Shown here piece by piece: positions 24,628 to 32,000 of a stretch of DNA of 32,000 nucleotides. The translations under genes and the position numbers were made by a program. Every line of letters begins with the position of its first letter. The stretch's first letter is position 1. This stretch comes from Vibrio alginolyticus NBRC 15630 = ATCC 17749 (GTDB taxonomy: Bacteria; Pseudomonadota; Gammaproteobacteria; Enterobacterales; Vibrionaceae), in the NCBI RefSeq assembly GCF_000354175.2, contig NC_022349.1, forward strand, positions 1,770,001-1,802,000. The letters are read 5' to 3'. Below the pieces are notes generated by a model, which worked only from the letters and a program-made list of their open reading frames with translations, was not told the DNA's origin and made no database searches.

Positions 24628-25206
24628 CTAGCGTTGCAAAAGAGGTCTGATTTTCTTTTCCACCGCCTCACGAGCACGGAAGATACGCGATCGTACCGTT
24701 CCTACCGGGCAATCCATCACTTCTGCAATTTCTTCATAACTCAAGCCGTCGAGCTCTCGTAATGTCATTGCGGTTTTTAAATCTTCAGGTAAAGCTTCGA
24801 TTGCACTGAACACCACCCGTTGCAATTCTTTGGACAACGTTAAGTTCTCAGGGTTCGATATTTCTTTAAGTGCACTACCTGTTTCGTAAAATTCAGCATC
24901 TTCAGCATCGACATCTGTCGCTGGAGGTCTACGCCCTTGAGCAACAATGTGATTTTTCGCAGTATTCACTGCAATGCGATACAGCCACGTATAAAACGCA
25001 CTTTCCCCACGAAAGCTAGGGATAGCTCGGTAAGCTTTAATAAACGCTTCTTGTGCTACATCTGGTACATCGCCAGGATTACTAACGTATCTGGAAATAA
25101 GATTACATACCTTATTCTGGTACTTTGTTACCAACAGGTTGAATGCTTGCTTATCGCCATTCTGAACTCGCTCAATCAATACTTGATCGGTCAGCTGCTC
25201 GTTCAT
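24628..25206 (-). CDS. rpoE: ECF RNA polymerase sigma factor RpoE (sigma-E / sigma-24)
   Basis: 192 aa. Contains DQVLIERVQNGDKQAFNLLV.KYQ...FYTWLYRIAVNTAKN...LSYEEIAEVMDCPVGTVRSRIFRAREA. Confidence 0.97.
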   Translation of the reverse strand: MNEQLTDQVLIERVQNGDKQAFNLLVTKYQNKVCNLISRYVSNPGDVPDVAQEAFIKAYRAIPSFRGESAFYTWLYRIAVNTAKNHIVAQGRRPPATDVDAEDAEFYETGSALKEISNPENLTLSKELQRVVFSAIEALPEDLKTAMTLRELDGLSYEEIAEVMDCPVGTVRSRIFRAREAVEKKIRPLLQR

Positions 25207-25305
25207 TCGAGCGGATACTCCTATTTGTTATGCCCCTACTCTTCTCAGATATGGGTACTAATTATGCAAAACGTAGTATTGACACCACTGCTTACTTGAG
25301 CACTA

Positions 25306-25335
25306 TTGTGACCCTAACGTGAATGAGAAAGTTCC
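25306..25335 (-). promoter_or_regulatory. Sigma-E-type (autoregulatory, P2-like) promoter of rpoE
   Basis: The minus strand reads GGAACTT (25335-25329), then a 16-17 nt spacer, then GTCACA (25312-25307). It lies about 95 nt upstream of the rpoE ATG. The -35 element is perfect and the -10 element is only approximate. Confidence 0.6.
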
Positions 25336-25760
25336 ATGGTTTCTCAAGTTTTTTGTCATTGTTTTTTCACAGTGTGATGTCTGTACCCAAATGACCACCG
25401 CTGCCTGACTTTAGTCTAAGTTTGACAAGCGAGCATCTTGGAGGGAAATGGGTATAATGAATGATCTCTGTCCCAGATTGTGCTGGGTCGAGCATGGAAA
25501 AGCAATGGCATTGACAAACTATTACTTTTCATTTGCATGGCTAATGGCTATCTGAACACCGCGTTACAAATTATAACTTAGGAAGCATGCTTATGCTCTG
25601 CATGAAAAAGAAGAGTGGCTCAGTCACCGCCGTAACACGGACGTCGATAGGTCTCCCAACTTAGCCCTTAGCGACAGATGTCGCGATAATGGAATGCACA
25701 TGGTGTGCAAATAATACACAAGGTAGCCTTGTTACCTTAGCTTGGGATTATAAAAGTTAT

Positions 25761-27374
25761 ATGAACACAAATCGTGAACATGAGTGTGATGTATTAGTGG
25801 TAGGGAGTGGCGCGGCAGGTTTGTCGTTGGCTTTGCGCGTTGCTAACCACTGTAAGGTGATGGTGCTGAGTAAAGGACCACGCAGCGAAGGGGCGACATA
25901 CTATGCTCAAGGCGGTATCGCTGCCGTATTTGATGAGTCAGACACCATTGATTCACACGTTGAAGACACGCAAATCGCCGGGGATGGTATTTGCGATGAG
26001 GAGACCGTAAGGTTCATTGCTGAGCATTCAAAAGAGTGCGTACAGTGGTTGATTGACGGTGGTGTCCCATTTGATCGTGAAGAAGATGACTCTGACGATG
26101 AACCTCGCTACCACTTAACTCGTGAAGGTGGTCATAGCCGTCGTCGTATTCTTCACGCGGCAGATGCGACAGGTATGGCGATGCAAACCTCCCTGCAAGA
26201 TAACGCTCATAACCATCCAAACATTCATGTTCTCGAACGTCACAATGCTCTGGACTTAATCACCGAAGACAAAATTGGCGGTGATAAAAACAAAGTTATC
26301 GGTGCTTATATTTGGAACCGCAACGAAGAGCATGTCGAAACCGTGCGAGCCAAATTTGTGGTTCTCGCTACAGGTGGTGCTTCAAAGGTTTATCAATACA
26401 CCTCTAACCCAGATGTGTCGTCTGGTGATGGTATTGCGATTGCTTGGCGTGCAGGGTGTCGTGTGGCGAATATGGAATTTAACCAGTTCCATCCGACGTG
26501 TTTATATCACCCAGAAGCACGTAACTTCTTGCTGACTGAAGCGTTGCGTGGCGAAGGTGCTTACCTGCGTCGTCCAGATGGCTCTCGCTTTATGCCAGAT
26601 TTCGATGAACGTAAAGAGCTTGCTCCGCGTGACGTGGTGGCTCGTGCTATCGACTTCGAAATGAAGCGTTTAGGCGCCGACTGTATGTATCTCGACATCA
26701 GTCATAAGCCTGCTGACTTTATTACGAAACACTTCCCAACCATTTATTCACGTTTGATGGATTTGGGCATCGACATGACTAAAGCGCCAATCCCAATCGT
26801 ACCTGCTGCACACTACACTTGTGGCGGTGTCATGGTGGATAGAAATGGCTGCACCGATCTGAAAAATTTGTATGCGATTGGTGAAGTTAGCTACACCGGG
26901 CTGCATGGTGCTAACCGCATGGCATCAAACTCACTTCTCGAATGTGTGGTTTATGCTTGGTCTGCGGCAAAAGATATTCTAAAACATCACACTAACGTTG
27001 AGCTACCCTCACAGGTGCCATGTTGGGATGAAAGCAAAGTAACCAATAGTGATGAAGAAGTGATCATTCAGCACAACTGGCACGAGCTTCGTCTGTTTAT
27101 GTGGGACTACATGGGCATTGTGCGAACTGACAAACGTTTAGAGCGCGCCTTACGCCGTATCCAACTGTTGCAACAAGAAACACACGAGTACTACAGCAAT
27201 TTCCGTGTGTCGAACAACTTATTAGAACTGCGTAACCTTTTACAAGTCGCAGAGTTGATGGTTCGTTGTGCGATGCAGCGTAAAGAGAGTCGAGGTTTGC
27301 ACTACACGCTTGACTATCCGAACCAACTGGAAAACAGCGGCCCAACGATTTTGGTTCCAGCTAAACAGCTTTAA
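25761..27374 (+). CDS. nadB: L-aspartate oxidase
   Basis: The protein from the ATG at 25761 begins [26 protein letters not shown], collinear with the N-terminus of E. coli NadB. The ORF-track start at 25689 adds 24 non-homologous residues. It has an FAD-binding fold and [14 protein letters not shown]. Confidence 0.95.
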   Translation: MNTNREHECDVLVVGSGAAGLSLALRVANHCKVMVLSKGPRSEGATYYAQGGIAAVFDESDTIDSHVEDTQIAGDGICDEETVRFIAEHSKECVQWLIDGGVPFDREEDDSDDEPRYHLTREGGHSRRRILHAADATGMAMQTSLQDNAHNHPNIHVLERHNALDLITEDKIGGDKNKVIGAYIWNRNEEHVETVRAKFVVLATGGASKVYQYTSNPDVSSGDGIAIAWRAGCRVANMEFNQFHPTCLYHPEARNFLLTEALRGEGAYLRRPDGSRFMPDFDERKELAPRDVVARAIDFEMKRLGADCMYLDISHKPADFITKHFPTIYSRLMDLGIDMTKAPIPIVPAAHYTCGGVMVDRNGCTDLKNLYAIGEVSYTGLHGANRMASNSLLECVVYAWSAAKDILKHHTNVELPSQVPCWDESKVTNSDEEVIIQHNWHELRLFMWDYMGIVRTDKRLERALRRIQLLQQETHEYYSNFRVSNNLLELRNLLQVAELMVRCAMQRKESRGLHYTLDYPNQLENSGPTILVPAKQL

Positions 27375-27396
27375 CTTTACCAAGTAAACTATTACA

Positions 27397-27879
27397 TCAG
27401 CAGGGAGCATTAGCTCCCTGTTTCATTTCCCATTGGCGTAATACCAAAGATAGTTGACGATACTGCTCATCGTCACAGCTATCACGCCAAATCGTAACAC
27501 TACGGCCAGATTGCAATTGGAATGTTATCTTGAATGGTGATGCCGATGTATCGACTCGCTGTAAATGACCCTTTTCGGACTCAATATCTTCCGAGCATTC
27601 GCCATACTCAAGGGCATCAAACCTAACCGAGCCATCGCAGTGCACATACCAATGCCCATGACTTGTAGGTTGAACAAGGCCTTGGCTTGAGAGAGCCTTA
27701 ACAATCAGTAATAACAAATAAGTCGATAATACGAGCGGAACACTAGAGAAGATAACAGCCCAAGTCATCAATAAGAAAAGTACAACATTGAAGACTCGGG
27801 CAGTCAGAGAGGGAGAAGCAGTAAAATTAACGAACTTTGCTGAGGTTATGGGCGACAATTTTATCAACCATTGCTGCAT
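27397..27879 (-). CDS. ygfX: Inner-membrane protein YgfX (CptA; DUF1434 family)
   Basis: It has two predicted transmembrane helices (VFNVVLFLLMTWAVIF / VPLVLSTYLLLLIV). Its C-terminus VTIWRDSCDDEQYRQLSLVLRQ resembles E. coli YgfX (...WLAADSMDEAEWRDLRRILLQ). It lies directly downstream of sdhE. The start is uncertain: the ATG at 27879 overlaps sdhE by 53 nt. Confidence 0.75.
   Translation of the reverse strand: MQQWLIKLSPITSAKFVNFTASPSLTARVFNVVLFLLMTWAVIFSSVPLVLSTYLLLLIVKALSSQGLVQPTSHGHWYVHCDGSVRFDALEYGECSEDIESEKGHLQRVDTSASPFKITFQLQSGRSVTIWRDSCDDEQYRQLSLVLRQWEMKQGANAPC
27401..27428 (+). terminator. nadB intrinsic terminator, embedded in the 3' coding end of the convergent ygfX
   Basis: CAGGGAGC-atta-GCTCCCTG forms a perfect 8-bp stem, followed by TTTCATTT on the plus strand, 27 nt after the nadB stop. 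Confidence 0.75.
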
Positions 27880-28087
27880 GACCTAAATTTTCGCTACGGC
27901 CATGCCCCATTACCCAAGTAAACAGATCAGGATCATCGCATTCAAGTAAAGAAACAAAGTCACGCTGCTCTTGTTCACTCAGAGTATCAAAGCACTCTTC
28001 AAAAAACGGCATAATTACTACGTCAAGCTCAAGCATGCCTCGACGACAAGCCCATTTAATACGCGCTTTTTCTTCCGGAGTGTACAT
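27827..28087 (-). CDS. sdhE: FAD assembly factor SdhE (YgfY/CptB)
   Basis: 86 aa. Contains ARIKWACRRGMLELDVVIMPFFE...LLECDDPDLFTWVMGH, with the SdhE RGxxE motif. It closely matches E. coli SdhE. Confidence 0.94.
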   Translation of the reverse strand: MYTPEEKARIKWACRRGMLELDVVIMPFFEECFDTLSEQEQRDFVSLLECDDPDLFTWVMGHGRSENLGHAAMVDKIVAHNLSKVR

Positions 28088-28276
28088 TCACTATTCCTTC
28101 ATAGATGTCTTGTTGTTAGTGCGGAGTGTAACAAGTGATGTGCTACGTCACTAGTGTGCGGGTCACAATACGATAGTGAAAGCAGACAAATGTTGATTCG
28201 TAAATCGCTCCCCTAGTATCTCAAGGTTATTTGGGTATAACATAGCGGAAAAATATCTTCAAAAGGCATTGTAATT

Positions 28277-29245
28277 ATGGAATGGCAAACTCGTTTTTCA
28301 GCATTACCTCTCTCAACTCAAGACGCGCTTCCAGAGTTATCTATCTCACTGCTGGATAACTTCGGCATGATCACCATGATCGGTGATGATAAAAAATCAT
28401 ACTTACAAGGTCAGGTTACCTGCGATGTTGTTTCTTTAGAAAAAGACCAATCAACACTGGGCGCACATTGTGATGCGAAAGGCAAAGTGTGGAGCGTGTT
28501 CCGCCTTTTCCATCATCATGATGGCTACGGCATGATCCAACCAAAATCGGCGATTGACGTAGAACTTAGTGAAATAAAGAAATACGCCATTTTCTCTAAA
28601 GTAACGATTGAAGCTTCTGATGACGTTATCTTAGGTGTCGCTGGCGTCAAAGCCGATGAATTCATTTCAACAATGAGCAAGACAACTGGCAGCGTTCGCG
28701 CAGTTGACGGTGGCACAGCAGTGCAAGTTGCACAAGATCGCTGGTTACTGATATTAAGTGCGCCAGAAGCACAGCAAATCGTTGAAACTACCGACGCTGT
28801 CTTTACGACAAATGAGCTTTGGAATCGTTTCGATATTGAGGCAGGTTTACCATTTGTCTCTGCATCCGCGCAGAATGCTCACATTCCACAAGCACTCAAC
28901 GTGCAAGCTTTAGGAGGCATAAGCTTCACAAAGGGCTGCTACACGGGACAAGAAACGGTAGCACGAGCGAAGTATCGCGGTACCAATAAACGTGCGATGT
29001 ATATCGTAAAAGGTGCAACTTCTGCTCCATTCAGTGACGAACCAATTGAGCTCGAACGCAGCGTAGGTGAAAACTGGCGTTCAGTAGGTGCTTTATTAAA
29101 TCACTACCAGTTCAGTGACAATCATGCGATTGGCCTGATCGTACTGCCTAATAATCTCGATGAAGACACTCGTCTTCGTTTAGTTGCGCAACCAGAATGT
29201 GAATGGACAATCGAATCACTGCCTTACAGTCTTGATGATGAGTAA
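28277..29245 (+). CDS. ygfZ: tRNA-modifying / folate-binding protein YgfZ
   Basis: 322 aa. Contains [22 protein letters not shown], the signature [17 protein letters not shown], and the C-terminus LPYSLDDE, collinear with E. coli YgfZ. Confidence 0.94.
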   Translation: MEWQTRFSALPLSTQDALPELSISLLDNFGMITMIGDDKKSYLQGQVTCDVVSLEKDQSTLGAHCDAKGKVWSVFRLFHHHDGYGMIQPKSAIDVELSEIKKYAIFSKVTIEASDDVILGVAGVKADEFISTMSKTTGSVRAVDGGTAVQVAQDRWLLILSAPEAQQIVETTDAVFTTNELWNRFDIEAGLPFVSASAQNAHIPQALNVQALGGISFTKGCYTGQETVARAKYRGTNKRAMYIVKGATSAPFSDEPIELERSVGENWRSVGALLNHYQFSDNHAIGLIVLPNNLDEDTRLRLVAQPECEWTIESLPYSLDDE

Positions 29246-29711
29246 TACAATCAATACTCCTTTGATGCAATTTCTCACAGACCAACACATTCCGTTTCGT
29301 CTGTTACCGCATCAAAGACCATCAACCACCATTGAGGATGCCGCGCACCAACGCGGCATTCGCCCTTCTCAAATGGTGAAAGCAATCTTGCTACGAGACA
29401 TGGGGAATCAATATGCACTCGCCTGTGCACCAGGTGATCGTAGCGTTGATCCCAAAAAAGTGCGCTCGTTACTGAAATGTCGCCGGATGACTTGTGTTGA
29501 TCAAGCCGATGTTGAGTCCATCACTGGTTACAAAGTTGGTACTGTCACTCCTCTGTTACTCAAACGTCATATGCCAATCGTGTTCGACCCCAGCTTACTA
29601 GAAGAACAGGAAGTCACGATCAGCAGTGGCGATCGAATGGCTGGGCTGGCGCTTTCTATTCAAGATCTTATCCAATTGTGCCAGCCGACCGTAGCTGAGA
29701 TCTGTCGTTAA
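29235..29711 (+). CDS. YbaK/EbsC-family aminoacyl-tRNA editing (deacylase) domain protein
   Basis: About 158 aa from the ATG-ATG at 29235/29238, which overlaps the ygfZ stop. The pattern (MVKAILL..., [18 protein letters not shown]) is typical of the YbaK/ProX domain. The assignment is at family level only. Confidence 0.7.
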   Translation: MMSNTINTPLMQFLTDQHIPFRLLPHQRPSTTIEDAAHQRGIRPSQMVKAILLRDMGNQYALACAPGDRSVDPKKVRSLLKCRRMTCVDQADVESITGYKVGTVTPLLLKRHMPIVFDPSLLEEQEVTISSGDRMAGLALSIQDLIQLCQPTVAEICR

Positions 29712-29780
29712 TCGTCTAAAAACAATGTAATGACACGTAGTGTTTCTATCACTGCGTGATCTCGCTCATATCTACAAAAA

Positions 29781-29810
29781 TAGACATGAGAATTTTTAAT
29801 CACATATAAA
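29781..29810 (+). promoter_or_regulatory. Candidate sigma-70 promoter (TAGACA-N18-TATAAA)
   Basis: The -35 element TAGACA lies at 29781-29786 and the -10 element TATAAA at 29805-29810. The predicted start near 29817 coincides with the 5' arm of a 10-nt long-range complementarity. Confidence 0.35.
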
Positions 29811-29815
29811 ACATA

Positions 29816-29988
29816 AATAGTCACAAAGATAAAACTCGTATATGCTGAATTTGTTGGTTAAGTTTCAAACAAGCACTTAACCAATATAAAGTGAGTCAGC
29901 TAGCTGAGTGACAGCATTCATGCAGTTAGTTATCCACTTTTGTGTAATGCATCTGTGACTATTCGCCCGCTGAAGCGGGCTTTTTTTT
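29816..29988 (+). ncRNA. Candidate ~170-nt structured small RNA (unassigned family); the alternative reading is a MITE-like inverted-repeat element plus terminator
   Basis: AATAGTCACA (29816-29825) is the perfect reverse complement of TGTGACTATT (29954-29963). There is an internal perfect 10-bp hairpin, TTGGTTAAGT (29854-29863) with ACTTAACCAA (29875-29884). A 12-bp palindrome TCAGCTAGCTGA lies at 29896-29907. The segment ends in a strong terminator. There is no ORF longer than 12 codons. Confidence 0.4.
29965..29988 (+). terminator. Strong orphan rho-independent terminator
   Basis: GCCCGC-tgaa-GCGGGC is followed by T8. It lies 254 nt downstream of the nearest upstream plus-strand stop codon (29711). 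Confidence 0.85.
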
Positions 29989-29992
29989 ACGT

Positions 29993-30020
29993 GGAACTTT
30001 TTCTCTTTCATTTCCTCTAA
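29993..30020 (+). promoter_or_regulatory. Sigma-E-type promoter, perfect match to GGAACTT-N16-TCTAA
   Basis: GGAACTT lies at 29993-29999, followed by an exactly 16-nt T-rich spacer and then TCTAA at 30016-30020. A T8 tract lies upstream. It points toward ytfK, whose ATG is about 325 nt downstream. Confidence 0.55.
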
Positions 30021-30349
30021 TCGTTAGAACGTAAAGTGTGTTACGCGAAGCACGACCTTAATAGAAACAACTAGCAAACAACCGTTTTCGTTCTATTCTT
30101 AATTCTGTAACAAAACTATTGCTTAATGCGTCACGTAAAAAGGAGTGTATTGGGTAAGGGTTCCTTTAGAGAGGTTATTTTTGGGGTAATCCTCACGCTA
30201 TTTAAGAGATGACACTGTCAAATTGTCTAAGACAACACAATTCTCCGACGCAACACCCTACATCTGTATTTAATACTATTGCTGTCACAATAATTTTCGC
30301 GTCCAGAACGTAGAATACCTAGGCTAGGTTAGATAAAAGGAAAGTAAAT

Positions 30350-30556
30350 ATGAGACTGTTTAAGCGCTATACACCAAGTATGATTGCTAAACATATAAGT
30401 CGTCTTTTTAAAGGAAGAATTTATATTTACGGGGTCGGTAGATTCGAGTTTGATAACGGTAAGTTAATACTGCCGGAGAAAGCAGAGCAACGCCATTTCC
30501 GAGCGGTCAAAGAGATCAATCAAGAAATAATGAAACTCCGATGCGCATATGCTTAG
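30350..30556 (+). CDS. ytfK: DUF1107-family small protein YtfK
   Basis: 68 aa, the same length as E. coli YtfK and about 40% identical to its sequence as I recall it (M.F.RY.P...AK....LF.GR.YI..VG.FEFD.GK.L.P......H....E.N...M.L). It has a good ribosome-binding site (AAAAGGAAAgtaaatATG) and its own terminator. Confidence 0.75.
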   Translation: MRLFKRYTPSMIAKHISRLFKGRIYIYGVGRFEFDNGKLILPEKAEQRHFRAVKEINQEIMKLRCAYA

Positions 30557-30573
30557 CAAAATGTTGATAAAAC

Positions 30574-30605
30574 AAAGGCTGGATTAACCAGCCTTTTGTG
30601 TATTT
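30574..30605. terminator. Bidirectional terminator between the convergent ytfK and ubiI genes
   Basis: AAAGGCTGG-attaa-CCAGCCTTT forms a perfect 9-bp stem. It is T-rich on both strands after the stem. Confidence 0.8.
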
Positions 30606-30621
30606 GAAGTTCGCTTTGCAC

Positions 30622-31830
30622 TTACTGACGCGCCAGATCCGGCAAGTGTCCCTTTAAACCAAGCGCGCGCTTCATGATCTCATCTTTCGCTCCCGGCAGT
30701 TGCCCCGCTAAACTTAAGCCAATGCCACGAACGAGCTTCTTAGCTGGGTTCTCGCCAGAGAACAAATCTCGAAACCCTTGCATAGTAGCGATCATCTTTG
30801 CCGCTTCCGCTTTTCGCCAACGCTCGTAGCTTCTTAGGTTGCGTTTACTACCGATATCTTGTCCCTGCTTCCAAAGTGCTAACACCTCTTGAGCAAGACT
30901 GGCCGCATCTAATAAACCCAAATTCACACCCTGCCCCGCTAATGGGTGAATGGTATGGGCCGCATCACCAACCAGCGCGACTCGCTCGACGACAAAATCT
31001 CGCGCATAGCGCATTTTCAAAGGAAACGCAGCACGCTCTCCCACTACTTCACATAGACCAAGTCGAGCATCAAACTCACTCGTCAACGCTTTATTGAAAT
31101 CATGTTCACTCATCGCCACTAACTGCTCTGCTCGATTTGGCTCCGTGGACCAAACAATAGAGCACATATTTGGTTGCGACATTGGCAAAAATGCCAACGG
31201 TCCGTGAGGAGTAAATATCTGGCGCGCAATGCTGTTGTGTGGCATAGCAGTTTTGACATTCGCGACCAAAGCATGATGACCATAGTCCCAATGCGTTAAT
31301 GGAATATCCATTTGATGGCGAAGCCACGAATTCGCCCCATCGGCTCCGACCACTAATTTAGCGGTCATGGCTTGGCCATTATCGAGCGTCAGCCAGCTTT
31401 CTTGCTCACCGACCGCGAGAGTCGCGCAACGTGCAGGCATAAACATAGTGACGTTATCGAGCTTTTGGACTTGTTCAAGCAGCGCAAGTTGAATCACACG
31501 ATTCTCAACAATGTGCCCTAAATCAGGTTGTGCCATACTTTGTGCATTAAATTCAATACTGGCAAAGCTATCTTGTTCCCATACTTCCATGCCATGGTAA
31601 GGTGAAGCTCGGCGCTGTTCTATGCCCTGCCAAGCACCAAGTTTACGCAAAATCGTCTCACTAGAGCGGCTCAGCGCAGACACACGAACATCGGGCAATT
31701 CTTTCAACGAATCATCTGGCACTTTACCTTCAATAACGGCGACACGCAGATCACTGTCTTTGAACGCGGCAGCAAGTGCCAACCCAACCATCCCTCCGCC
31801 GATGATGGCGATATCTACACTTTGCATCAT
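30622..31830 (-). CDS. ubiI: FAD-dependent 2-octaprenylphenol hydroxylase UbiI (VisC)
   Basis: 402 aa. Contains MMQSVDIAIIGGGMVGLA...GADGANSWLR...LVGDAAHTIHPLAGQGVNLG...FRDLFSG.NPAKKL. It is collinear with E. coli UbiI and lies directly downstream of ubiH. The start could instead be the second ATG at 31827. Confidence 0.92.
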   Translation of the reverse strand: MMQSVDIAIIGGGMVGLALAAAFKDSDLRVAVIEGKVPDDSLKELPDVRVSALSRSSETILRKLGAWQGIEQRRASPYHGMEVWEQDSFASIEFNAQSMAQPDLGHIVENRVIQLALLEQVQKLDNVTMFMPARCATLAVGEQESWLTLDNGQAMTAKLVVGADGANSWLRHQMDIPLTHWDYGHHALVANVKTAMPHNSIARQIFTPHGPLAFLPMSQPNMCSIVWSTEPNRAEQLVAMSEHDFNKALTSEFDARLGLCEVVGERAAFPLKMRYARDFVVERVALVGDAAHTIHPLAGQGVNLGLLDAASLAQEVLALWKQGQDIGSKRNLRSYERWRKAEAAKMIATMQGFRDLFSGENPAKKLVRGIGLSLAGQLPGAKDEIMKRALGLKGHLPDLARQ

Positions 31831-31861
31831 TGCTTTTTATTACCTAATTCAGTGCGGCCGT

Positions 31862-32000
31862 TCATCGTTTTACCAAGCCAAGTGTATGGCGTAGTAGCGG
31901 CTGCTTAAAAATAGAAAGGTTATCCATCGCTGCTAAGGCAGTATTTCGGCCAATTCGCATCGCGGGTAAATCATTTGAAAAAACATGCACCAAGGCACTG
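31862..32000 (-). CDS. ubiH: 2-octaprenyl-6-methoxyphenol hydroxylase UbiH, C-terminal 45 codons (continues past the right edge)
   Basis: The minus-strand translation is SALVHVFSNDLPAMRIGRNTALAAMDNLSIFKQPLLRHTLGLVKR*, with the stop at 31864-31862. It resembles the UbiH C-terminus and precedes ubiI, as in E. coli ubiH-ubiI. Confidence 0.75.
   Translation of the reverse strand, partial: SALVHVFSNDLPAMRIGRNTALAAMDNLSIFKQPLLRHTLGLVKR

Noticed and set aside
24937-25299. A 120-aa plus-strand ORF spanning the rpoE 5' end and its leader
   Set aside because: It is antisense to rpoE and reads through the rpoE promoter/leader. It has no ribosome-binding site and no similarity to anything I recognise. 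The same reasoning applies to the other antisense ORFs inside pyrG, relA, rlmD, barA, lepA, rseB and ubiI listed in the track.
25422-25458. Perfect TTGACA and perfect TATAAT on the plus strand
   Set aside because: The spacer is 25 nt, far from the 16-18 nt needed for a combined sigma-70 promoter. Only the TATAAT is retained, as a weak stand-alone candidate in the findings.
25689-25760. N-terminal extension of nadB ([14 protein letters not shown]...) implied by the longest ORF
   Set aside because: Homology to NadB begins exactly at the internal [20 protein letters not shown] (ATG at 25761). The extension has no counterpart in known NadB proteins.
29930-29938. DnaA-box-like TTATCCACT (8/9 match to TTATCCACA)
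   Set aside because: It is a single isolated box in AT-rich DNA with no cluster or adjacent AT-rich 13-mers, which is consistent with chance occurrence.
30080-30095. PurR-box-like sequence ACAACCGTTTTCGT
   Set aside because: The central palindrome is imperfect (ACCGTT versus AACGTT), the flanks mismatch, and the genes around it have no purine-related context.
30150-30212. A 20-codon hydrophobic mini-ORF (TTG start; MGKGSFREVIFGVILTLFKR) preceded by AAAAAGGAG, considered as a possible type I toxin
   Set aside because: It has a non-ATG start only 4 nt after the Shine-Dalgarno core. The hydrophobic stretch of about 11 residues is too short to span a membrane. There is no evident antisense RNA promoter or terminator. 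The evidence is insufficient.

Overview
This window reads as conserved core chromosome of a Vibrio-like gammaproteobacterium. That call rests on gene content, gene order and protein similarity to E. coli orthologues; the species cannot be determined from the sequence alone. I support 33 protein-coding genes, two of them truncated at the window edges. On the minus strand: nlpD (5' part), pcm, surE, truD, ispF, ispD, ftsB, eno, pyrG, mazG, relA and rlmD. barA follows on the plus strand. Back on the minus strand: acpS, pdxJ, recO, era, rnc, lepB, lepA, rseC, rseB, rseA and rpoE. Then come nadB (+), ygfX and sdhE (-), ygfZ (+), a YbaK-domain gene (+), the 68-aa ytfK (+), ubiI (-) and the 3' end of ubiH (-). 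I found no tRNA or rRNA genes, no CRISPR array, no transposase, integrase or phage genes, and no obvious defence or accessory island. I do not see a convincing new multi-gene system here. The points worth a second look are small and non-coding. (1) The roughly 640-bp AT-rich spacer between the YbaK-like gene and ytfK holds an orphan strong intrinsic terminator. Upstream of that terminator is a promoter-like element and a roughly 170-nt segment whose 5' end is perfectly complementary to the 10 nt just before the terminator, so it may be a structured sRNA or a MITE. (2) Immediately after that terminator lies a perfect sigma-E-type promoter (GGAACTT-N16-TCTAA) pointing toward ytfK. (3) A degenerate direct duplicate of the last ~20 codons of eno sits behind the eno terminator, at the ftsB/eno junction. 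(4) Strong hairpin/U-tract elements occur inside operons that are usually co-transcribed (relA|mazG, era|recO, lepA|lepB). The relA-mazG spacer has no mazEF. All functional interpretations are inference from the sequence. No searches or folding computations were run.
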